Of a stretch of DNA of 64,000 nucleotides, positions 57,676-64,000 are shown piece by piece (within the stretch, counting starts at the first letter, position 1; each line of letters opens with the position of its first letter). The stretch is from NCBI GenBank assembly GCA_964628235.1, contig CAZVLU010000005.1, positions 16,296 to 80,295 of the forward strand, in the 5' to 3' direction. Both the position numbers and the translations under genes were made by a program. The notes under the pieces are model-generated. The model saw only the letters and a program-made list of their open reading frames with translations. It did no database searches and was not told the DNA's origin. The DNA is from an uncultured Rhizobium sp. GTDB lineage: Bacteria > Pseudomonadota > Alphaproteobacteria > SMXQ01.

Positions 57676-59319
57676 ATGTCTAGCTCCGCTTCCAGCAGCA
57701 CTCGACCGATCCGGCGCCCCGGCGTGCCGGCCGTCGTTCGCGCGCGCGCCGACGATGTCGAGCTGGCCGAGATCAATAAGCGGATCAAGCTTCTCGAACG
57801 TCAACAGCGCGCCCTCGAAGCGCATGACGATCTGCTCGTCTACACCAAATTCACCATGCCCCACCCCGAGGCGCCGAACGACGTCAACCGTTCGCGCTAC
57901 GAGGACGAGCTGTTTCACCGCGAGGTGGCGAAGGCGCTCGAAGCTGTCGAGCGCGGCGAAATCGTCCAGCTCATCTATTGTATGCCGCCCCGCCACGGCA
58001 AGACCGAGATGGCGACGAAGCGCATGGCCGCCTGGTGTAGCGGCCGGCATCCCGATTGGGACGTCGCGGTCGCTTCCTACTCGGATACGATGGCGCAGGA
58101 CATGGGCGCCGACACGCGCGCTATCCTGACGTCGGCGCAGCACAAGCAGGTGTTCCCGAGCTATCGCCTGCGGCGCGGCGGAAACGCCAAGGATAACATT
58201 CAAACCGATCGGGGCGGCCGTATCGTTTTCGTCGGCCGCGGCGGCGCGCTCACGGGCCGCGGTATGCATATCGGCCTCGGCGACGATCTGTTTAAGGACC
58301 ACGAAGAGGCGCGGTCGCAGGCCATTCGAGACCAGGCTTGGAATTGGTTCACGAAGGTCTTCATGACTCGCCGAATGGGCCTCAAGCTGGTCATCCTGAC
58401 GATGACGCGCTGGCATAGCGACGACATCATCGGCCGCCTCACCGACCCGGAAAATCCCTACTACAACGCCATCGAGGCGAAAAAATGGAAGATTATCCGC
58501 CTGCCGGCCATCGCCGAAGACGACGACCCGCTCGGCCGCACGCCTGGCGAGGCGTTGTGGCCGGCGCGCTACGACCTGGATTTTCTTGAGAGCCAGCAGC
58601 GCCTCGATCCTCTCGGCTTCGCCTCGCTCTACCAGCAGCGGCCGAGCGTCGCCGACGGCGTGCTGTTTCGTCGCGAGAACGTGCGCTACTACAAGCCGAG
58701 CGAGCTTCCCGAGGATCTGCGGATCTATTGCGCGAGCGATCACGCCGTTTCGACCGGCCAGCGCAACGACCCGACCGTTTTGCTGAAAGTCGGCATCGAC
58801 CGTCAGAGCAACATCTATCTGCTCGAATGCTACTGGCAGAAAGTGAAAACCGACGTCGCTGTCGAAGCGATGCTCGAAATGGGCCGGGGCAACATGCGCC
58901 CGCTGATCTGGTGGGCGGAAAAAGGTCATATCTCGAAGTCGATCGGGCCATTCCTCTACAAGCGCATGGTGGAGACGCAGACTTACCTGAATATCCGCGA
59001 AGTGCCGCCGATCGGCGACAAGGAGCAACGCGCGCAGTCGATCGCCGCGCGGCACGGCATGGGGAAGGTGTTTTTCCCGATTGGCGCGCTTTGGACCGAG
59101 CGCGCGATCGAGGAAATGCTCGCCTTCCCGAACGGCACGCACGACGATTTCGTCGACACGCTGGCTTACATCGGCCTTGGCTTGCAGAGCCAATTCAAAG
59201 CCGGCGCGCCCGCGAAGAAAGAAAACGAGCTGCCGAAATTCGGATCGCTGGCTTGGGTCAAGTACATGGACAAATTCAAGCGGATGCAGCGCGAGCAGAC
59301 CGCCGCCGGAGGCTTTTAG
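57676..59319 (+). CDS. terminase large subunit
   Basis: Walker A CMPPRHGKTEMATK; C-terminal nuclease domain; Terminase_6-like. Confidence 0.9.
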   Translation: MSSSASSSTRPIRRPGVPAVVRARADDVELAEINKRIKLLERQQRALEAHDDLLVYTKFTMPHPEAPNDVNRSRYEDELFHREVAKALEAVERGEIVQLIYCMPPRHGKTEMATKRMAAWCSGRHPDWDVAVASYSDTMAQDMGADTRAILTSAQHKQVFPSYRLRRGGNAKDNIQTDRGGRIVFVGRGGALTGRGMHIGLGDDLFKDHEEARSQAIRDQAWNWFTKVFMTRRMGLKLVILTMTRWHSDDIIGRLTDPENPYYNAIEAKKWKIIRLPAIAEDDDPLGRTPGEALWPARYDLDFLESQQRLDPLGFASLYQQRPSVADGVLFRRENVRYYKPSELPEDLRIYCASDHAVSTGQRNDPTVLLKVGIDRQSNIYLLECYWQKVKTDVAVEAMLEMGRGNMRPLIWWAEKGHISKSIGPFLYKRMVETQTYLNIREVPPIGDKEQRAQSIAARHGMGKVFFPIGALWTERAIEEMLAFPNGTHDDFVDTLAYIGLGLQSQFKAGAPAKKENELPKFGSLAWVKYMDKFKRMQREQTAAGGF

Positions 59320-61539
59320 ATGGCTATGGAAGACGATAGCGACGACCAAATGGACATGCTCTCGTCCGAGCCGGACGAGGCCGCCACCGGCCCCGCCTCC
59401 GAGGACGACAAGGAGAAGCGTGAGTCCGACGTGCGCCTTGCCGCGCGCATCGTCAAGACGATCCGCGACGACAAGAAGTTTCACGACAAAGCTTTCAAGC
59501 GGATGCAGCGCGACATGCAGGTCGCGATGCACGGGCACGAGAAGGACTGGAGCGAGAAAAACTACAAGGCGAACATCACGGGCCGCCACGTCAAGCAGAA
59601 GACGGCCGCGCTCTACGCCAAAAACCCGAAGGCTGTCGCGCGCCGCCGGGAAACGCTCGACTTCGCCATTTGGGACGAGACGCCCGAATCGCTCCAGCTC
59701 GCCTTTATGCAAATCCAGCAGGCGGCGCAGGCGACGGCGCTCGCCGCGCAGACGCCGCCGACCGTCTCGCAAGACCCTTTGACTGGCGCGGTTGTCGAGG
59801 TTCCGGCGCAACCGCAGATCCCGCCCGGCTTCGCCGAGGCGCAGGCCCTTGTCGCAGATTTCCAGCAGGGTTTCGCGCGGCGCCAGCAGCTCAAGAAATT
59901 CGGCCGGACGCTCGAAATTCTATTCGCGCAGGCGCTTCGCGAGCAGCAGCCGGTAGACTTCAAGACCGCCATGAAGCAGCTCGTTCGGCGTGGCTGCACG
60001 ACCGGCGTCGGCTATGTCGAGCTTGGTTTCCAACGTGAATACGGCCCGGCGCCGGAGACCGTGGCGACCCTCACCGACGCGCGGACGCGCATCGAGCATT
60101 TGCGCCGGCTGTCCGAAGAGGCCGCAGAGGGCGAGATCGAGGAGATGGACGGCGAGATGGCCGAGCTTGAGCGCTCTGTCGCGTCGCTCCAGCAGGAAGA
60201 AGAGATCTTGTTGCGCGAGGGTCTTATTTTCGACTTCCCCGCCAGCACGAAGGTTATTCCCGATCGGCTCTGCAAGTCGCTTGTCGGCTTTATCGGCGCG
60301 CGCCATGTCACCATCGAATATCTCTACACGCGCGACGAGATCAAAGAACGATTCGGCGTCGAGATCGGCAGTAATTATGTGCCCTACTCCGTCGAAGGGT
60401 TGCGGCAGTCCGGCGGCTTGGCCGACGACGACGGGCAGGTCGAATTTGATTTGAACGACGACAGCAGCAACCGCAAGCGCGGCGGAGATCTGGTCTGCGT
60501 CTGGAAGCACTACGACAAGCCGAGCGGTCTCGTTTACATCGTCTGCGACGGCTACAAGGGCTTTTTACGCGACCCGGCGCCGCCCGATGTCTTCGTTTCC
60601 GACTTCTGGCCGTTGTACGCTTTGACGTTCAATGCCGTGGAGAGCGAAGACGAGCTTTTCCCCCCGTCGGACGTCACGCTGCTTCTCGATATGCAGCGCG
60701 AATATAATCGCTCGCGGCAGGGCCTACGCGAGCATCGCGACGCGGCGCGCCCGCGTTGGATTTACACCAACGGCACCTTCGATGAAGAGGCGATTCCCGA
60801 CTTTCAGAAGCTCAAGCCGTTCGAGGCTCTTGGCGTGGATAAAGACCCCGCGACAAAGATCTCCGACGTGCTCGAAACGATTCCTGTTCCCGGCGTCGAC
60901 CCGAACCTCTACGAAACGGCGCAGCTCTTCAAGGACATGCAGCTCGTCGCCGGCACGCAAGAGGCACAGCTTGGCGGCCTTTCCAAGACAACGGCCACCG
61001 AGAGCGCGATTGCTGCCGATTCGTCCGCCACGTCGGACGGCTCCAGCATCGACGATCTCGACGGTTTCTTGAGCCGGGTCTCGCGCGCGTCGGGGCAAAT
61101 CCTCTTTCGCGAGATGACGCCGGAGCAGGTCACGAAGCTCGTCGGGCCTGGCGCCGTGTGGCCTGACGATTTGACGCTCGCGAATATCGCCGACGAGGTC
61201 TTCCTTGAGGTTGAAGCCGGCTCGACGGGCAAGCCCAATCAGGCGATCGAAATTCGCAATTGGAAAGAGATGCTGCCGTTCCTCATTCAGATGGGGAACA
61301 TTCCGGGGCCGTGGCTCGCTCGGGAGAGCCTGCGTCGTCTCGATGACCGCCTCGATCTCACCGAAGCCGTGGCGGCCGGCATCCCGTCGATCGTCGCGCA
61401 GAACCAAAATGCGCAGCCCGCCACCGGAAACGCGGCCACCGACCCGGCGTCACAAGGCCCCGCCGGAGCGTCCAACGGCCCCGCTCCGCCTGGCGGGCCG
61501 GTCGGCACGGGACCGGCCTTCGGCAACAATCAAATGTAG
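59320..61539 (+). CDS. portal protein
   Basis: 739 aa ORF directly after TerL (TAGATG), RBS ggagg; size/position typical of portal. Confidence 0.65.
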   Translation: MAMEDDSDDQMDMLSSEPDEAATGPASEDDKEKRESDVRLAARIVKTIRDDKKFHDKAFKRMQRDMQVAMHGHEKDWSEKNYKANITGRHVKQKTAALYAKNPKAVARRRETLDFAIWDETPESLQLAFMQIQQAAQATALAAQTPPTVSQDPLTGAVVEVPAQPQIPPGFAEAQALVADFQQGFARRQQLKKFGRTLEILFAQALREQQPVDFKTAMKQLVRRGCTTGVGYVELGFQREYGPAPETVATLTDARTRIEHLRRLSEEAAEGEIEEMDGEMAELERSVASLQQEEEILLREGLIFDFPASTKVIPDRLCKSLVGFIGARHVTIEYLYTRDEIKERFGVEIGSNYVPYSVEGLRQSGGLADDDGQVEFDLNDDSSNRKRGGDLVCVWKHYDKPSGLVYIVCDGYKGFLRDPAPPDVFVSDFWPLYALTFNAVESEDELFPPSDVTLLLDMQREYNRSRQGLREHRDAARPRWIYTNGTFDEEAIPDFQKLKPFEALGVDKDPATKISDVLETIPVPGVDPNLYETAQLFKDMQLVAGTQEAQLGGLSKTTATESAIAADSSATSDGSSIDDLDGFLSRVSRASGQILFREMTPEQVTKLVGPGAVWPDDLTLANIADEVFLEVEAGSTGKPNQAIEIRNWKEMLPFLIQMGNIPGPWLARESLRRLDDRLDLTEAVAAGIPSIVAQNQNAQPATGNAATDPASQGPAGASNGPAPPGGPVGTGPAFGNNQM

Positions 61540-61608
61540 GTCGTCTGTCTGATACTTGCTAAACCGCCATACAAACGCTAAACTCCCCACCATTTTAAGG
61601 AGCTACCC

Positions 61609-62607
61609 ATGCCCCGATTGGACGATAACACCGAGGAATTGGACTCGTCCGCCGATTCCGAAGCCCTGGACGTAGCGAACGAAGCGGCCGAAGCGGCCGC
61701 TGCCGACGCAGCCGCGAACTCGTCCGACGCGAACGGCGAAACCGAGGAGGATCTGCTTTCCGTCGTCCGAGACGTGGTCGACGAATCGCGAAAACCTGCC
61801 GAGGCGGCCTCGCCAGCCGAAGGCGAAGACGACGGCCAGTCGGCCGCCGATCCTTCCTCCAAGAAGGAACAGGACGACGAGGATTACTCGGACGTCCCGT
61901 TTCACAAGCATCCCCGCTTTCAGCACCTTCTGCGCAAGTCGAAGGAACTCCAGACCGACGCGACGCGATACCGCAACGTCCAGAACTTCATGGACGGACA
62001 GGGTCTCGAAGCCGAAGAGGTCGCGGACGGGCTAGTCATCATGGGCCTCATGAAGACGAACCCGCGGGAAGCGTGGGCTCGCATGAAGCCCGTCGTTCAG
62101 AAATTGCTGATCGCCGCCGGCGAAGTGCTCCCCGAAGACCTGGCGCAGCGCGTGCAAAATGGCGAAATGAGCCAGGAAGCCGCGCAGGAAGTCAGCCGCT
62201 CGCGCGCTGACGTCCAGACTGTGCAGCACCAGCGCACTTTCGAGGAGCAGCAAGCCGCTCGGCGTCAGCACAACGATTTGGTGAAGAGCCTCGGGGATGC
62301 TGCGAATGCTTGGGAGGCGGATCGGCGGAAGAAAGACCCGAACTTCGCCGCAAAATTCGTGCCGATCCAGAAGGAACTGACGTATCTGCAAGCGACCGAA
62401 GGAAAGCCGACGACGCCCGACGGCGTCAGGGACCAGCTCGCACGCGCCTACAAGGCCGTCAACGAGCAGGTCCGCGTAGCGGCCGCCCCCGATCGCCGAA
62501 AGCCTGCGTTGCGTCCCGTGACGGGCGGTCAAGCAAACGGCAACGCGAAGCCTCAACCGACCAGCACGCTCGACATCGTTCGAGCCAATCGGCGGGCCTC
62601 GCGCTAG
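61609..62607 (+). CDS. scaffolding protein (putative)
   Basis: Acidic N-terminus, coiled-coil Q/E/R-rich middle, between portal and capsid; RBS aaggag. Confidence 0.5.
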   Translation: MPRLDDNTEELDSSADSEALDVANEAAEAAAADAAANSSDANGETEEDLLSVVRDVVDESRKPAEAASPAEGEDDGQSAADPSSKKEQDDEDYSDVPFHKHPRFQHLLRKSKELQTDATRYRNVQNFMDGQGLEAEEVADGLVIMGLMKTNPREAWARMKPVVQKLLIAAGEVLPEDLAQRVQNGEMSQEAAQEVSRSRADVQTVQHQRTFEEQQAARRQHNDLVKSLGDAANAWEADRRKKDPNFAAKFVPIQKELTYLQATEGKPTTPDGVRDQLARAYKAVNEQVRVAAAPDRRKPALRPVTGGQANGNAKPQPTSTLDIVRANRRASR

Positions 62608-62625
62608 TAATCCAGGGTGACGTAA

Positions 62626-63702
62626 ATGTCTTTCACTCCCGACGAACTGACGAACATCAACAACAGCGCGCTCGAAGACTACATCGACAAGGGCAAGGTC
62701 TGGAAACAGAACGTCGCCAACAAGCCGATGCTCAAGGCGTTCAACGACGCGGCCGGCCGCTTCTCCGGCGGCAAGGAGTACGTCTCGTTCGGCGTGAAGG
62801 CCGGCCAGGGCGGCGGTTCGCTTACCGGCTACACGCATGACGACCAGGTCGGCTACTACAACCCGGCCACGACCAAGCGCGCCAAGTTTCCGTGGAAAGA
62901 GCATCATATCGGTATCACCATCACGCATACCGAGCTGAAAATCGACGGCATCGACATCGACGACAACGACGAGACGTCGGACATGAACGGCCGCGAGGAG
63001 CACGCGCTCGCCAATATCTTCGACGAAAAGCTCGACGATCTCGGCGAAGACTACTCCTACAGCCTCGACGACCTGCTCCACACGGACGGTTCCGGCGACG
63101 TGAAGGCTCTCGCCGGCGTTCCGTCGCTGATCCTCGACGTGCCGAACGCGGGTTCGACCGGCGGCGTCGGTCGCGTTGCGAATCCCTGGTGGGCCAATCG
63201 CGCGGCCACCGCGGCCTACGGCGGCGCCGGCGGCCAAGGCGCCATCACGGTCAATACCGCGAACGGCGGCGCGCTCATCGCTTTCTTGGAGTCGGAGCAC
63301 CGTCAGCTCACGAAGTTTCAGGACGGCGCGACCAAGTGGCGGGCGTTCTGCGGTTCGTCCTTCCTCGACGGCTATATGTCGGAGATCCGCGCGAACGGCA
63401 ATTACTCGATGACCGGCTTCCGCGGCGAAGGCGTCGTCGACGGCGGCATGTCGGAGCCCTACTTCAAGGGTGTGAAGCTCGAATACGATCCGACGCTCGA
63501 TCGCCTCGGCCATGCGAAGCGCATGTACTGGCTCGACATGAGCAAGAAGGGCGTCCGGCTCCTTTACATGGACGGCCAGCGCATGAAGAAGCACAACCCG
63601 GCGCGGCCTTACGATCGTTATGTGATGTACAACGGCATCACCATGACGGGCGTTCTGATCGCCAAGAAGCTCAACACCTCGGGCGTGTACGACATCGCCT
63701 AA
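62626..63702 (+). CDS. major capsid protein (putative)
   Basis: 358 aa after scaffold, followed by strong hairpin; composition typical of coat proteins. Confidence 0.6.
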   Translation: MSFTPDELTNINNSALEDYIDKGKVWKQNVANKPMLKAFNDAAGRFSGGKEYVSFGVKAGQGGGSLTGYTHDDQVGYYNPATTKRAKFPWKEHHIGITITHTELKIDGIDIDDNDETSDMNGREEHALANIFDEKLDDLGEDYSYSLDDLLHTDGSGDVKALAGVPSLILDVPNAGSTGGVGRVANPWWANRAATAAYGGAGGQGAITVNTANGGALIAFLESEHRQLTKFQDGATKWRAFCGSSFLDGYMSEIRANGNYSMTGFRGEGVVDGGMSEPYFKGVKLEYDPTLDRLGHAKRMYWLDMSKKGVRLLYMDGQRMKKHNPARPYDRYVMYNGITMTGVLIAKKLNTSGVYDIA

Positions 63703-63705
63703 ACG

Positions 63706-63742
63706 ACGCTGGCGGGGCGCTTCGGCGCCCCGTTTCGTCCTG
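63706..63742 (+). terminator. hairpin/terminator after capsid gene
   Basis: GGCGGGGCGCttcgGCGCCCCGtttcgtcc. Confidence 0.45.
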
Positions 63743-63765
63743 AACCCTTTTCTTTGGAGAAATCT

Positions 63766-64000
63766 ATGTACACTCCCAATGCGGGCGCCAGCGCCGAGGT
63801 CATTCTGTCGGCGGCCGTTGCCGACAGCGGCACGTTCGATGTCGCCTACCCGACCGGCTACACGCAAAGCGACTTCAACGCCGGCCTGGCCGGCACCGGC
63901 AGCTACGTCATTCTCAACGACAACGACAAATGGACCGCCGCCGCCGGCGACGTCTCCTACTCGTTCGGTGCGTCGAACATCACCGTGACCAACAGCTCCG
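63766..64000 (+). CDS. phage structural protein, N-terminal fragment (continues past window)
   Basis: RBS ggaga; MYTPNAGASAEVILSAAVADSGTFDVAYPTGY... no stop before window end. Confidence 0.4.
   Translation, partial: MYTPNAGASAEVILSAAVADSGTFDVAYPTGYTQSDFNAGLAGTGSYVILNDNDKWTAAAGDVSYSFGASNITVTNSS

Larger units (their letters stand above)
27935..64000. mobile_element. integrated tailed prophage (left ~36 kb; right end beyond window)
   Basis: int/xis/repressor at left edge, replication, lysis, terminase, portal and capsid modules in consistent + orientation; AT-rich palindromes left of int; recurring phage-specific motifs. Confidence 0.85.

Noticed and set aside
1-64000. CRISPR arrays
   Set aside because: No regularly spaced repeat-spacer arrays seen; only repeat cluster is the iteron set at 49.3 kb.

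Overview
High-GC alphaproteobacterial (Rhizobiales-like) chromosomal segment.

Positions 1-27.9 kb are ordinary core genome, mostly on the minus strand. They carry cutA and a translationally coupled type I secretion locus (C39-like ABC exporter, HlyD adaptor, Sel1-repeat protein, GH16 glycanase with RTX repeats as the likely substrate). These are followed by slyX, a GIY-YIG protein, a DUF4197 protein and tRNA-Pro(GGG). Next comes the merR-ihfA-fabH-plsX-rpmF-yceD block, then bamE, the H+-pyrophosphatase, an MFS transporter and thiL-nusB-ribH-riboflavin synthase-ribD-nrdR-glyA-rpiB. The core region ends with a MarR regulator.

From about 27.9 kb to the window end lies the left ~36 kb of an integrated tailed prophage that continues past 64 kb. 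It has a tyrosine integrase, an AlpA-like excisionase and a divergent XRE-repressor/Cro-like switch. Its replication module holds a RuvC-like resolvase, an SNF2 helicase, DUF2800 and DUF2815 proteins, a Pol-beta nucleotidyltransferase, a GapR/DUF2312 homologue, a HAD phosphatase, two HNH endonucleases, an N6/N4 MTase, family-A DNA polymerase, a C5 MTase and a Prim-Pol/helicase followed by an iteron array.

Next is a four-gene antisense operon (DUF932 plus very acidic proteins). After it come a TerS-like gene, an 800-bp ORF-free structured leader, a Gp49-like gene, a pectate-lyase-fold tailspike, a holin/SleB endolysin/overlapped spanin cassette, then TerL, portal, scaffold and major capsid.

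A TTGTATG / TGTCTG(ATA) motif family recurs at essentially every operon junction of the prophage. The best candidates for something undescribed are the antisense DUF932/acidic-protein operon, the structured late-operon leader and the nucleotidyltransferase plus HAD-phosphatase pair, but no single locus stands out as clearly novel. Functional calls are inferences from sequence. Refined start coordinates were hand-counted from the ORF track and may be off by 1 nt.
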